A stretch of DNA of 64,000 bases from Moniliella sp. 'wahieum'. Lineage: Eukaryota. The DNA lies in contig RSEE01000066.1 of the NCBI GenBank assembly GCA_003971905.1, positions 248,001 through 312,000 on the forward strand. Direction: 5' to 3'. Shown one piece after another: positions 23,352 through 36,822 of the stretch (positions within the stretch are counted from its first letter, which is position 1; the number at the start of each line of letters is the position of its first letter). Position numbers and translations under genes: made by a program. Under the pieces are notes generated by a model. That model made no database searches and had not been told where the DNA came from. It saw only the letters and a program-made list of their open reading frames with translations.

Positions 23352-26185
23352 ATGGCTCCGGCTCAGGTGCCCCAAGGCCAGCCGCCGTACCCGGGCCCAC
23401 CCGGCGTACTCACGCCGCTGCGTACTCACTACCTCAAGAAGGCCCTCGTCCAGCTCCAGGTCGAGCACGAGCTTGCCATCCTCAACCGAATAGTTCGTCG
23501 TCTTGCATCTTTCCGTCACCCGCTTGACCCAACCTCCCTCCTCCCCTTCCCCCCGCTCCTTCCGCCTGGACCTGTACGTTCAGATGCTCTGGCCGCGCTC
23601 GGCGTCCCTTCATCCGGTCCCTGGCGCCCATCCAGGCCGCGGATCTGCTTTTCTTCGTTATGTTTTCCAGCGGTGGGTCCTCACCTTCCCCCTTGTCAAG
23701 CAGGCCTCCGCTGGCTTTTTCCCCAAAGTCCAGCAGTTGGCCCAAGAGTTCTACGAGTCCAACATCTCGATTCTGGCGATCGCGAAGAGCCCACAAACGT
23801 CGCAAAATCGCCAATCGGGTCGAGCGCTACGTCACGCTTCTCTTTGCTGCCGCTATCATTGCAAAGCCCCCGCCTGGCATCCCACCAGGCGAGGCGGAGC
23901 AGGTTGTTGAGCTGACCGACCAAGATCGTCAGGCCATCACGGCTGCCGAGCAGGCTGGTGTCAGTGGTGAGCAAGATGTGGCCACACTGGCGATTAACAT
24001 TATCGCAGTTCGCGTACCTCACGCTGCGCCGGGCAAGAAGACGGACTTGGCCAATTCGCAGTTTATCGTTGCGTCCAGTGCGGGCAAAGGAACGGACGAC
24101 ACCTATGTCGCCCGTACATATACTGACTTTGAACATCTCAAGCACAGGCTTCAAAAAGAAGTCGGACCTCTGGTCTGGGTGCCTGACCTCCCTCCCAAAG
24201 ACTACCCTGCACCTGATGAGAGGATACGCAGTGTGAGCAAGTCCCTGTCCGACAGATTACTTGGCCTGACTCTGGGTAGTAGTAGTTCCAACTCCACCCC
24301 AACTAGCGGTGCTAGCACGCCGAACCGGGATGTGTCCGCCGCCTCATCTTCCCCCGTTGTCGCGCGGGAAACCAATCGCCAATCGTTACGTGCCTACCTA
24401 CGCGATTTGGCCGAGATACCAGTGATGCGGACGAGCAACCCTCGACTCATTTTTGCATTCCTCCCCGATTGAGCTTACAGAGGCGGAGATGGAGGACGCT
24501 TCTCTCCGGATCGAAATGGACGCTCGCCGTGAGACAGCGACAGTAGGCTTTGCCGAAGCAAGTGAAGTACGAGCAGCGGAGTTACGGTCGTTGCTCAGCA
24601 AGCTCAAATATGAAGTGTCCCAGCCTGATGGACTCGACAAGGTGTTTTCAGTGTTTCGTACTACTTCCCAGCTCAAGGACTTACCTGAAGACTACCGCGC
24701 GATGATGGGATGGGTCAATGAGTATGGCCGCTTCGCTCTACACGTCCTTTATTGGTTCGAACAATGGGAGCGCGACATTTGCCTCATTCAGCAAAATCAA
24801 CTTTCTCATGCCCTATTCACTTTTGTCGGCTGTTTTGCACATTACCAACCCAGCGGCCATGATCAAAGGGGTGATGAACGTATTTCTGGCGCAACCCTTG
24901 GGAAGCAAGTCTTTGCTGCAACGCATAAGCGGCGCAAGTCTTTCCGAGGGCACGAAACAGCGACACGCCATGGCACAGAGCGCAGCGCTACGGATTAATG
25001 ACCCTCTGATGGTTCAAAAGTTAAGCGCTTATGTGGACCTGCCGACTGAGAAGCGAATGCAACTCAAGACGCATTCTCAACGGGAGCGTCTCCCCCCTCC
25101 CCGTTGTTGTTCTGACCAGCACTGTATGTGGCCCGCCTTTGTCGCCATCCCAGGCGGAGCGGGTAGAGAAGGCCAGGGTGTCGCGAGCCAAAGGTGAGTT
25201 CACAGGGCCTTCGACACTCCTGGACGATTTCCATACACTTATGGTTGCTCAACTCAAGATCCACGACAATGAACAGCTCGAGTCGTTGGTCACGGGGGGC
25301 ATTATCGCTGATCTCTTCCGTGATGTGGTCGCCATGTTTATCACGCCGTTGGCTGAGATTTACCGGGACGCGCATGCCTCCGACTTTGTGGGGGACATAC
25401 AGTCGTTTTGTGATGACTTGGCCCAAACGGTCAAGGCCAACCAGGAAGGTAGGTTCCCTTTAGCCATCTTGTTGGGCCACGCTGACTTTTCTCCCGCGCC
25501 AGTTTATCGACAAACCCAACAGTTATGTACCAGTCTTCCAAGATCTCGTCGGCCGTCATGAGGAAGCTATCTATCGTTTTATCCACGAAACCCAAGTCAA
25601 GGGCCATGTTCTCTTTGGCGAACTAATCGACTATGCGCAGCGGTTTATTGACTTTTTGCGTGGCCAGGCGCCAGTGCCCATGTGGCGCAGCGCAAGGGAT
25701 TGGCGAGGTGGATATGGAGACTCTTTTACCGAAGAGGGGGACCCGATGCGGATGCGATTTTGCGCGAGACGGATGTGTTGATCCTTCATGCGTACAAGGC
25801 CAAGTGGCTGCGGGAGGTACGCCTTCGTCGGCAGCTTGCGGCGCAGAGTGGCCAAGGACTCGAGGGAGACACGTTTGGCCATTCCATCCTCGGCTTTAAT
25901 TCGACCACCACCGGCGGGGCAACAGAGATGGAGGCCGATGCGCAGGCAGAGACATCGCCATTTGAGAAGGGGGGCATTCCCGACCTCGCCTACTGCCAGA
26001 GCCAGAGCTACTTGAGATCCCCAAGCTACTCCCACAGTTCCTAGAGCTGGTACGTGAATCGCTGCACCGCTCGTTCTTCCTGCTCCGTGCGTCTTCTATG
26101 GTCTGTGTGCTGACCCATCGCATGTCATACCTGGCCCCGACACACTGGTTTGCAGGTACGCCCCATGCTGCTGGAGCAGACGTAG
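23352..26185 (+). CDS. PX-domain protein of the Ypr097w/Lec1-like family
   Basis: LTPLRTHYLKKALV N-terminal motif, PX segment YVARTYTDFEHLKHRL...PDLPPK, RETNRQSLRAYLR, FLAQPLGSKSLLQRI; several introns and frameshifts. Confidence 0.85.
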
Positions 26186-26438
26186 GCAGCGTCTTCTAGG
26201 CTGCTGTTGCCAACGAATGTTGTACATATCTCATGCATTAGCCCCTCCATCTAGTACGCTGTTCAGATGCGCAATTATGTTGAGGGACGAGCGATGACGG
26301 GTATCTTCCGACGAGGAGAAACCGCTGCCAGGGCTCTGTACTCCGGGGGGTCGAGGTCGACCGAAGTCGGCATTGCCATGGCCAGAAGACGCCGGTGTGA
26401 ATAACAAGCGCTACGAAGCGCTGCTGTGACAAACCGCA

Positions 26439-26682
26439 TCTCAAAGTGTCCGCCGTGCATCTTTTACGTCATAGGCACGTGCCGACCGGTGCCACGTTTC
26501 CAGCCACCCGCAGCCAGCGCGTATCGGTGATATTATACTACGGTGGCGAAGGGGGGAACGGTGGCTAAGGTGGCGACGGGGGACCGGGGGAACGGTGGTG
26601 GAACGGTGGCTAAGGTGGCGAAGGGGGGACGGTGGCTACGGTGGCGACGCAGCAGACCGGGCCGTAGGCCCGGTGTCTCTCG
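26439..26682 (+). mobile_element. Non-autonomous Helitron, subfamily B (empty copy)
   Basis: A|TCTC 5' end, internal GGAACGGTGGCTAAGGTGGCGA repeats, terminal hairpin ACCGGGCCGTAGGCCCGGT, ends CTCG|T. Confidence 0.8.
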
Positions 26683-27221
26683 TTCCAAACAAACAAAATC
26701 TTTCAAGCGCGGAGCTAGCGCATTCGCTCAGCGCTTGCACTCAGGGCGACCGGTGAGCTTAGCGAGCGCTGACGCGTGACGCGTGACGAGCATCCATTGC
26801 ATCATGCATCATGCATCACACTCACCGGACCAACACGCCAAGTGACTAGTGACTAGTGACTAGTGACCGGTGACCTAGTGACTAGCGAAAGTAGACTGTC
26901 TCACACGACCAATGGGAAAAGGGTCGTGGAGGCCAAGACGTACACAGCCCCGTGCCGGTCATCCGCCCGCATTGGTAATCCACGGTGGCAGCAGCACTGC
27001 GGCAGCCTCCCTCGAGGCGAGCGAAAGGGCTGAAGATTGGGATGTTGGAATGCCTCCCGCTGGCTAGTGCGACGCGCGAACAACATGCCCGCAAAAAGCT
27101 AAAAAGATCCAAGTACCGCTGCGCGGTATATAAAAAAGTCGGTAACCCGACGACGCACTGTTATCCTCTCAGACCACAGCCCCCTTCGTTTCGTCTTCAT
27201 CACTCTACCACCACCTTCGAC

Positions 27222-28451
27222 ATGGCCAGTACTTCCAACAACGATTCCGCCTGCAACGGCAGCATCCACTGCATGTCTTCCCCCAACAGCCAGGCTAGCT
27301 CATCTGCCACCTACGGGGCCTTGCCTTTGCCTCCGCGCCAAGAATCTGGCGAGCACCAACCGCTGCTTGGGATAGCACCCCAGCTAGGCCCGCTTCTGGT
27401 TGCTGTGGAGGTGCTGGGGGCAAGTGCGCTAGCGGCAAGTGCTCTGCCGCCGTAAAGCGTACCCCCCCCCATACGGCCATCCCCATTGAGCCTGAGTCAC
27501 CGGGCTCCCAAGGCTCCCAATGCGCTCGCAACAGTGCAATCTCAATGGCCGCTGCTGCCGCGAGCTCAAGGGAGAGAAGAGAAACGTGCCCTGGTTGACC
27601 CCGATACAATCCGTGACATCATTATTGGTCTGTCTGACGGCCTGACGGTACGTCGCTCCTTCCTTCTTCATCTTACCTGCCTTAAGCAGACGGTGTGCAG
27701 GCAGGTACACCTTTCCCTCCACTCTCCAACTGACCCATGTCGCCATTAGGTCCCCTTTGCTCTCACTGCTGGCCTTTCCTCGGTCGGTTCATCCAGACTC
27801 GTTGTCATTGCTGGTGTGGCCGAGCTCAGTCGGGTGCGATCAGCATGGCCATGGTGGTACCTTTCTGCCCAAGCCGAAAAGGAGCACTACGATCATAGCG
27901 AGGTCAACACCGCTGGTCGTGTGGCCCAGAGCTGCGATGAGCAAATCCAATCCGAGGTGCGATATTTTGGCACCCTATGGCATTGTGGGCCCGGTGGCAA
28001 CTCAAGTGGCAATGCAGCTGCAGCAGGCTGAAGCGACGAAACAACAGCGCATTGCTTTGGACAAGTCCTCATTGACTGCGGGCGATCGGGACGAGCTGGC
28101 GGGACGGGGAGTAACGCCTTTTCTACGTCTTGGACAGGGGTTGGAGCCCGTCTCGTCCGAACGCTCTACTCGTTCGGCCATCAACATTGGCGTGGCCTAT
28201 CTTCTCGGGGGCTTGGTGCCCCCGCTCCGTATTTTTCTTCGCCACTGCTTTCCAGGGGCTGGTTGGCATCGACGATCATTACAGGCATTACCCTGCTCTT
28301 GTTTGGCATGGCCAAGCACCGCGTCACGGGCGGAGAGGAATCGCCCAAGTCTTATGCTTGGTCAGCCCTTACAACTTTGGCTGTCGGTGGGCGGCTGCAG
28401 CTCGTCGTGGCATTGTTAAGGGTGCTCGAGGGCCCTGACACAGGCCTTTGA
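27222..28451 (+). CDS. CCC1: Vacuolar Fe/Mn transporter, VIT1/CCC1 family
   Basis: DPDTIRDIIIGLSDGLT / intron / VPFALTAGLSS, YLSAQAEKEHY, SAINIGVAYLLGGLVP. Confidence 0.92.
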
Positions 28452-28827
28452 GTGCAGACGCGCGTGGTTCCCCCTCTGTGATGTGGACCGGGATGGGGAG
28501 GCTTGATTGTGCACTCTGCAGGGTTTCCTGATACATAGCCGTGGCCTCTAATAACATTGGCTGTGTCTCGCCAACTAAAGCTCACCCTGGTCCTCGAGTT
28601 CGTATACCTTTTTGTACTCCACAATCCACTTTCAGCTCTCCTTCTACCTTGTTTCCGCGATAGTGGCTTGTTTGAAGGTGGAAGAGGACAGTACTGAAAA
28701 TTGCGATAGGGCATCAGCAGGCATATCGCAATGCATCTTGCACAAAAGAATGGAATTGGCGTCGATCAAACTGTCCAAACGTGCAAATCAATATCAGTCG
28801 GTTGAACTACTTGAATGCTGTTATCTC

Positions 28828-28909
28828 GCCTCGCTATTTCAATCGGTAGAATTTGAGACTCTATTTAGAGGTCCATCTCACGGTTGTGGGTTCGAGTCCA
28901 CGTGGGGCG
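28828..28909 (+). tRNA. tRNA-Lys(CTT) with intron (anticodon reads CTA here, probably a 1-nt sequencing deletion)
   Basis: Exons essentially identical to the 40493-40577 copy; GGTTCGAGTCC T-arm; T-run terminator. Confidence 0.85.
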
Positions 28910-29135
28910 TCTTTTTGCACCACATTCCTCTGACTTGGATACGCGCCAGAAAACCTGACCTGGTATACTAACCCTGCTTTTTTCTGAATTCATAGCATTG
29001 GCAGAATTTGAGAAAGTTATGCAGCTGAATGGTTGAGCGTTGATGTTAGTAGATGACACGGGCGTAGTAGAGAGGGAGAAGAGACAAGCATGTCACACAC
29101 ACGACTATTTTCGAAACTACCGCCACGGGAGCATA

Positions 29136-29228
29136 AGCTCCGATCTTCCAGTGGTTAGGAAGTGGGATTTTGAGTTACCTCCGCGATAACAACTTCCCGA
29201 AACCTGGGTTCGAATCCCAGTTGGAGCT
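29136..29228 (+). tRNA. tRNA-Gln(TTG) with intron
   Basis: Acceptor GCTCCGA/TTGGAGC, D-arm TTCC..GGAA, anticodon arm TGGGA-TT-TTG-A[intron]-TCCCG, T-arm CTGGG-TTCGAAT-CCCAG, T-run terminator. Confidence 0.9.
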
Positions 29229-29464
29229 TTTTGCTGCTCATTTCCCCCCCAACAGCGTTTGCTGTCTCTGCTCTCTGCATCCCGTCCAAACTCTTCTCCA
29301 ACTCGCCTGCCTCAATCCTTCCCAGTCAGTATCCACATACCTCTTGTGACTCGTTATGATTTCCAGTTCGCGAGGCAAACGAATACCTGCGGCACAATCT
29401 ATCTGAGGACCAAAGGGAAGTCGTGTAGGCGAGCTGCTTGCTCCAGTCAGGGTATCATTACGCG

Positions 29465-31883
29465 TTAAGCTTTATGGTTCGTCATCACTGCTGTCGACAA
29501 TTTCATAGCGCGGAGCTTTGCTTGCTGGAAAGGAATGAATGGCAGGCGCTTGAGAGTACGCACGGCCAAAGCCTCCTCGTCGGACGAGTCGGCGGCGATC
29601 GTCACATCCTGGTCCGGACTGCTCTCTTCATCGTTCAAGACAACGGCCGAATGGGGTGCACGGGTGATGGAATGGGACTGGCGGGGGCGGCTTTCTCCCC
29701 TCGTGACTCGGTCTTGGTGTTGGGCTTGGTCTTTGTAGTCCGCGGTTTGGATTTCAGGGCTTCGCCCTGGCGCGCGGGAGAATCCATGTCTTTGCCGTAC
29801 ACGCTCACGCACACGCGTTCCTTACCTTGGCCCGTACGCACCATCTCCTCACTTGCTTCAGAGTCATCTTGCGGAGCGCCCACGACTCAATCCCCAGGTC
29901 GAGATACACATTCACCGTGTGTGGTGTCTGGACGTATTCTTCACGATATGGCCCCGAACCCAAAGTTCGACCAAGAGGCGTTCGTATTGGTTTTGGTCAG
30001 AGCACCTTGCCCCCAAAGTCGTTCATATCCACAACACCCACCTTGGACAAGTTGCCCGGCGGTTTGACACTTGTCACGGCTGGACTGATCGGGATGGAGC
30101 GCCCATCTGGCCCACCAAGACTTCGTATCGACCACGGTTGTTCCCTCGGACTAGGTCGGTGAGCTGACCAAGCGTGACGCGGCCTTGGTCTAACTTGATC
30201 CGAGCCAGAGCATGGAGCGATTTCCATGCCTCAACGCTGGCGTCGCGCATGCCCAACTCGTCATGCCCCACACATTATCGCACGTTCCACAGGGAGATAG
30301 GTCGCTGTGCGCGTCTTCGAAATACTGGCTGAAAAACACCTTGCGACACTCGAGTTTGGCTGTACTCCAGCACGCCCCGCACCTTATCGCTGCCGCCTGG
30401 CGAATCGGAGGCCACACTGGCGATTCGCACCCCGTCTTGCGGACGGTAAAAGAACACACTCGGCCGGTTCCCCATCCCGTCCGGCCGCCCCGACTCTTGG
30501 TACAACCCCTCGATGAGGTGGGTGTGTGGCGTGCACGACGTAGCGCACGTCGGGTTTGTCGATGCCCATTCCAAATGCGGTTGTGGCGCAAATGACATGG
30601 ACCTGCCCTTCTATCCAGCGTTGGTGGACCCGCGTCTTGTCAGTGTCTGCCATACCTGCATGATAGGCCGAGCACGAATCTTGCCCTCACTGAGTTGGGT
30701 GAGGTGCTTGGCCATGTCCTCCGTATTCTTTTGGCTAAGGCAATAGACAATGCCTGTTTGCGACAATGTCGAATGTTAGCAGGGCGCATCATCAAAGAGG
30801 AGGTGGCACATACCTGTCTTGCTTGGTGGCAGGAGAGAATGTAATTCGCCACATCCGCATACTCGTCCTTCCCAGTGTTTTTCGGCAAGACCGAATATGT
30901 GAGGTTGGGTCGGATTAGGGGGCTAGTAAAGTGCACCGTTCCATTGGGCAAGGCCTGGTCAGCTGGGGTAAGCTGGGGTATGCCCAAACATTCAATTACA
31001 TCTTCGACCACGGCATAGGGCGCGGTGGCGGTGAAGCAGGAGAGGGGGTGTGGGTGAAGAATTTGGTGAGCAGTCGAGCTTGCGATAGTCGGGACGGTAG
31101 TCGTGGCCATACTGACTGCAGCAATGAGCCTCGTCGATTACGATCGTGCCAAGGCGCCCGCCTCCTCGGCGTTTTGCAGCGCCGCGCGCAGCGTCTTATT
31201 CTTGGTGAGTTGTTCAGGCGTCACGTAGAGCAGCTTGGGCGGGCGCTCGTCCTCGTCCACCAGGGCAGCAACCGTCTTGGAGCCCAAAACAGCAATAGGT
31301 GGGTTGTTTTCCGATGTCATGCTGCGGACCAAGCGGTTGAGACGCGTTGTCTTCGCGTGGGGTGGCCGCCGTCATCAGGTCACAAGGGATGCCTTGATCG
31401 CGAAGATGCTCGACTTGGTCGTGCATGAGACTGACCAAGGGAGAGATGACGAGTGTGACGCCCGGCTGCAACAGTGCCGGAAGTTGGTAGCAAAAACTTT
31501 TCCCTCCGCCCGTTGGCATGACGACAAAGACGTGACGCCGGTCCAAGACGGCACGGAGGACACCTTGTTGACAGTACCGGAACTGCTGAAAGCCAGGCCC
31601 AGTACTGCTTGGCCACCCTTACAACGCCAGCTGCGTCGGCATTCACGGGGCTGGAATAATCGACGGCGCGGGGCGGGCGGTTGGTGCGCCCGCCCTGGCG
31701 CTCGAGGGCGCGAAGAGCCTGGTCGGCAAGGGTTTGGCGCTCGGCGAGGAGGCGGTGTTGCTCTTTGCGCAAGCTGGTGATTTGCAGTTCGACCTGCTCC
31801 AGCGCGGATTCAAGTGCGTGGGCGCGATGTGCATCTCTCTCGGAGAGCCCGTCGACGAACTGCGCCAAAGGCGGCAGCGGCAT
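29465..31883 (-). CDS. RecQ-family DNA helicase (RECQ1-like)
   Basis: [65 protein letters not shown] Zn motif CR...PCGTCDN; N-terminal coiled coil; 3' end approximate. Confidence 0.93.
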
Positions 31884-32200
31884 GGTGGGGCACTGCGAGC
31901 GCGAGCGCTGGTGGTGGGGGCGGGTGTGTGGAAGACGCGAGCGGAGAGGGCGAGGCCAAGGCGCAAGCGAAGTGACTTGTGATTCGTGTTCTGATTGTAG
32001 CCCCCCGTGGCCACCGCATTTCCTGCATCGACGCCGGCTGCGGAATAGACGAGGCTCCGCCCGCGTTCTTCAGTCCGCCGGCCAGGCTGGCTGGCTTCAA
32101 TATTAATCACGGATCATTAATCAGTCCTCAGTCTAGTACTCGTCTTGTTCGGGTAAGCCCCGCTCCGTCCCCCTCTCCTGCACCTGCCGAGCGTGGGCGA

Positions 32201-34266
32201 ATGGCGTCGGCCCCGCTCCCACAACCTCGGCCGGCGAGCATGGGCGACGCCCACGCCGTCGTGTCCGATGCTGGCCACGCGTCCCCACCCTCGCGTCCAC
32301 GCACGCCAGCCCGGCAGCCCAGATAGCGCGGACGACAGCGCCCCGCTGCCGACGAGCCCAGCTCGGGGGACGACGCCTCCCCCGGCGCCCACGCCCAGTA
32401 ACACGGGTCGACAGCTTCAAGGGCGCGCTGACGCGTGCCTTGCTCGGCGCCTTGGCCGTCTTCTTTCGCGCGCCGGTGCGCCTCTACCGTCCGGTCAAGA
32501 TCTCGGCCCTGTCGGTACTAGATGCGTGGCGCAGCGCGAAGGCACCACCTTGTCCTTCCGCTTCTTGCGCACCGTGTGGAAGCGTGAACGGCCTGCTTTT
32601 TTGCGCACCTGCTCGGGCCGCCGTTGCTGATCAACACGGTGATTGGATTTACGCTATTTGAAGCGTTTAGCCTGACGGAGCGAACCTTGCTGCGCCGCTA
32701 CGTCCCCTCCGGCTGGACCGCCACCGGTCGATAGTGCTGGTCGGCGGGTACCGCAATGGAGCCCGTTGTGGATCGTCACTGTATCGGGAGGCGTGGCGGG
32801 GCAGCACAGTGCCTCATATCGGCCCGCTGGACAATGTCCGCAAGGTTTTCCCAGGCCGGCCCTCGGACCCGCGCCACCCTTTGCCTCGGCGTCCCTTCTC
32901 CTGGACCGCGGTGATTCGCGCGGCGGTGCTTCCGTTTGCGGCGACAGAAACCCAGCACCAGAGGATGGTGGCCAAGGTCAAGCATTCCATTTCGGCCGCC
33001 AAGGAGCGCCAGGCGGCGTCTCCGCCGCCTGGCAAGACCAAGGCGGTCGGCAAGGACGATCGCTGGATGCGGTACCTGAATGCGTGGCGAGGCGGGGCGC
33101 ATGGCGCTGGGTTGGTGCTGAGCTTGGTGCGGGACAGTGTGGGCTTTGCATCCTTTTTCGCCGTGTTTGAAGTGAGCCGGCGGGCGGCATACCATGCCTC
33201 GATGGCGGTCGATATGGTCTATTACTTCTTCAACAAGAGTCCCACCCTTCTTCCCGGCCCGCAAGGAGGGGGCAACGTCCCACGCAGCGCTCCGGCGCCT
33301 GGATCGCATGGAGACGTACAGATTGCCGACATTGGGAGCGAAGTGGACAACGACTACTCCTACAAGGCGTCGCGCTCCTTCTTGGGCCGCACCGTGGCGG
33401 CAGTGGTGCTGATTGCCGGGGGTGCGTTGGGCGCCGCATCGTACGAGCTGCTGGGCCGACCGGCCGAGCTGATGCGCTCGGTATTTGATGGCGAACGTGC
33501 TTGGCAAGAGCAGGTCAAACCTCAGTCGGCCGCCCAGCAATCCGCCTTCCGGCGCCGACGTCATGCTTCAGCCGAGGCGGCCGGCGGCGCCCAGCGCGCC
33601 CCGCGAAGGGTTCGACGTGCGGCTCGAGCTGTGCCGCAAACGCTGCCGCGGGCGCCCGGGGCGAATGCACGCAGGTTGGGTTCGCGCCGCCACGCTCGCT
33701 GCGCTCCGGATGGCTAACACGTCGGGATCGAGTGCGCCGGATCGGTTGGGCAGGCGGGTCGACCGCCTTGGCCACAGCGCGGCGGGTGCCAATGGATCGG
33801 GCGCTCACGAGGCGCAGACGCGCAAGACGCGGGCGGGGAGCACGGTGGAACCGGGTGCGACGCACCCATGGCGCCTCCAGGGTCGTCCCAAGCCGTCGGC
33901 ATGGAGCTTGCTGCGGGACTATGCGGTGAGGAACTGGCGCCAACACCAGCCCCGCTCGCCTCGCCTGGCCCACGATCCCCCTTATGGTGCACACGTATTT
34001 CCTTCAGCCGCTCGGGCTCGACAAACGCTTCAGCTGCGCACCGCGCTCAACCTCAAGGGCGCCGGCGTCGTGCCGGAGGCACACGCGCCAATGCGCTCCG
34101 CCATCGCTGGACGGTACACAATGCCGTGACGCAATCGGTGGTGGGCACCAAGAACGCATTGGATCCCAAGGTGGGCGCTAAGATGTCGTGGTGGTTGATC
34201 CGCAAGGCGTTTACCCCGTATGGCTTGGCGTTTGCCTTCGCCATCACCCAGGATCCCGCCGCGTGA
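32201..34266 (+). CDS. Fungal mitochondrial-carrier-like membrane protein
   Basis: FFRAPVRLYRPVKIS, NTVIGFTLFEAF, PLDNVR, SLVRDSVGFASFFAVFEVSRR; frameshifted; family call is an inference. Confidence 0.6.
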
Positions 34267-34739
34267 AGCTGCGTCCCGCCGCTGAAGGTTGCCGCGGAAG
34301 CTTGGAGCTTGAAGCGTGCAACACTTGTAGTATGCTCTCGCACTGTACACCCAGGTCAAGCCATCCTGACCTGGGCATGATAATCGCCACTGTTTTTGCA
34401 TGATATGCATCCCACCATTTTCCCGCTGCATGTGCCACTGTGGGCCATCCTGAGCAGATTCGGCAATATAATTGCTCACAGACTAGTGCCTAGCAGCATG
34501 TGGCCACAGCTATGGGCCAGAATGGCACCACACGCACAAGGGATACCCAGAATAAAAGCGACACACTTAGTCGATCAGCGTTATCATGCCATACATGGTA
34601 CACCAACCTCCAGGAGGAGGTCTCAAAGACAAACACAACAAAATTCGGGAGACAGATCCATCCAGACGGACAGAGGGGAAACACGAGGGTCTCAAGGTAC
34701 CAAAAACGGAAACCCGCCAACATGTACGTGGGAAGCCAA

Positions 34740-36822
34740 TTAGACGGGGGGGGGGGGGGAGGGGAGGGGGAAACGAGGAGCGCCTAATCGCGCGCCAGGG
34801 TCGTCGCGCCACCCGAGGGAGCCGTACTTGCTGCTGAATTGATACAGTTTCCTGTTCAACTCGTCGAGAAGGTGGGAAGCATCCTGTGCCTGTCTGTGCC
34901 TGCGTCTCCATCTCTACTTCGACCTGAGCGGACGATGGTGCACAGTCACGTCTTGTCGCGAGAGCCCCATGCGGCGCAGACGTGCCTCACGGGAAGCTGC
35001 CTCAATTTGCGCGCCCATCACGTACTCCCCAATGGCTCGGATGCGCTTGCGCATCTCCCCCATCGTAGTCCTCCGGGCAGGGAACCGGATCTTGCTACCT
35101 GGCTCGGTACGCTTATCGACTTGGTACGCCGCACTACCCCCTTGCTTGACCATCTCCGCCACCTCGACTGCCTCCTCCACCTGTACATCCACCGGCGAAG
35201 AGGGCAAAACGTGGGCCATGTGCAGCAGATGATCAGGCAGTCCCCCAGGCTTGCGCGCCGCTGCAGCGGCAGGGGGCAACTGGCCTTTCACCAGGGGCGC
35301 ATCCCGCGTCACAGTCGATGTCGATCCGCGGCTCGGCTCGCGAGATGTCTTGGTTGGCGAGGGAGAAGGTTCCTGCAACGAAGTTGCGACCTGCGTTTCT
35401 TGTAGTGTCGCTTCCCTTTCCTTGCGATTGGCCTTGCGTCCCCTGGCCTTTTGTCACTCTCATCCTCCTGGGTCTCGCTAGGGCAATGCTGGTCAGTTGT
35501 CTCGACACAAGAAAAAGAAAAAACACAAATGCATACTCTTCTTCGGATGGTGGGGAACGTTTGCGCTTTCGCTCGCCCGCTTCTTTCGATTTGGGACTTC
35601 TCCGGCGGCCGTCTCTTCCAGCAGATGGGCGGATTGGTTCCCAGCCATAGTTGCTGTCGCGCGAGTTTAGGGTTGCTCTGGGCTTGGGCGAGCGGGGGTG
35701 GGAGGTAAGGTTGGTGCTGGGGGAGGCAGTGCGGCGGGTGGAGGGGGATTGCTGCGCAGGGGCATGGGTGCTGGAGGAAGGCAAGGCAGGATGCGCCCTG
35801 CGTTGCTGAATGCCAATTGGACAGCAAGTTTGGCCGCGTCCAACTCGGCTCGGGTGGCAGTACCGCTGCGTCGGGAGGCATAGGGGCTCTTCTTGGACCG
35901 TTGGAGGTAGCCCAAGTCACGGAGAAGGCGAATGTGTAGGTCAGGGCGGCACTGCTCGCAGTAATACACATCTGGGCACTCGTCCTCTCCTTCCATGCCC
36001 ATGCAAACGCAATGCTGCCAGCAATGGCACGTGTCGCATTGGATCATCAGTCCAATCGACTCTTCCACCGAGCCACAAATGCAACGCGTCTCGCCCTCAT
36101 CGCCTTCGCCTTGGTCAACGGCTTGCGGCAATTCGGATCCAGCCTCCACTCCGAGCTCCGCATCCTGGACAGGGCCTGCTTGCCCTGCAAACGGGTCGTA
36201 CGGATTTCGTCAACCCTGTCTTTACCAAGATGACGCTCTTCCGCCTCGTCTGGGCAGGGGATGCGTGTGTGGACTCGGAACTGGATGCGCGGACGGAGGA
36301 GCTGGAAGAGAGCACGTGGGGCAGCGGGGATAGCTGGGCGCGTCTCCGCGGCGGGGGCCCTCAATTACTTCGCCATCGCCAATGGCAGAGAGGCCAAGTT
36401 GAGAAAGCTCCCGGAGTGTCGAAGGCAGGCGCCGCTCCTTCTTTTTCTTGCCTTCGCTACCCTGGTCCGAGTCGCGTTCTGGTTCCGGCGCAGGCCCCGG
36501 CTCGGCAGCAAGAGCAGTGTGGTCACTGGCTGGAGGCGGGCCTGGACGGATGAGTCGGGTTTGGCAGGGTTCTCATCGTGGCGTCCTCTGGGCTCTGCGC
36601 GTGCTCCGATCGGGCGCATGGCTGGGAGAAGAATGGGTGTTGGGATCGGGCGCGGGGCTGGGCTGGGGGGGGGCCGGAGCAGCATCGAGGCAGCTGCTGG
36701 CTCGGAGTGGGGCTCGGTGGTGGGGGGGTGAGGGCGCGTGTGCCCGCAAGGGTGCGCTGTGGATGCTGGGGATGGGGGTGGGGGGGGGGGAGGCGGCGGA
36801 GGTTGGATGGGGTGAGGTGACA
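34740..36822 (-). CDS. CTI6: PHD-finger protein, Cti6-like (Rpd3L HDAC complex subunit)
   Basis: TRCICG...MIQCDTCHCWQHCVCMG...YYCEQCRPDLH PHD; RATLNSRD motif; C-terminal RRTTMGEMRKRIRAIGEYV; ends approximate. Confidence 0.75.

Noticed and set aside
28828..28909. Amber suppressor tRNA (CTA anticodon)
   Set aside because: It is otherwise the same as the tRNA-Lys(CTT) at 40493. Loss of one T explains CTA, position 37 would be a pyrimidine, and a second 1-nt deletion occurs in the T-stem.
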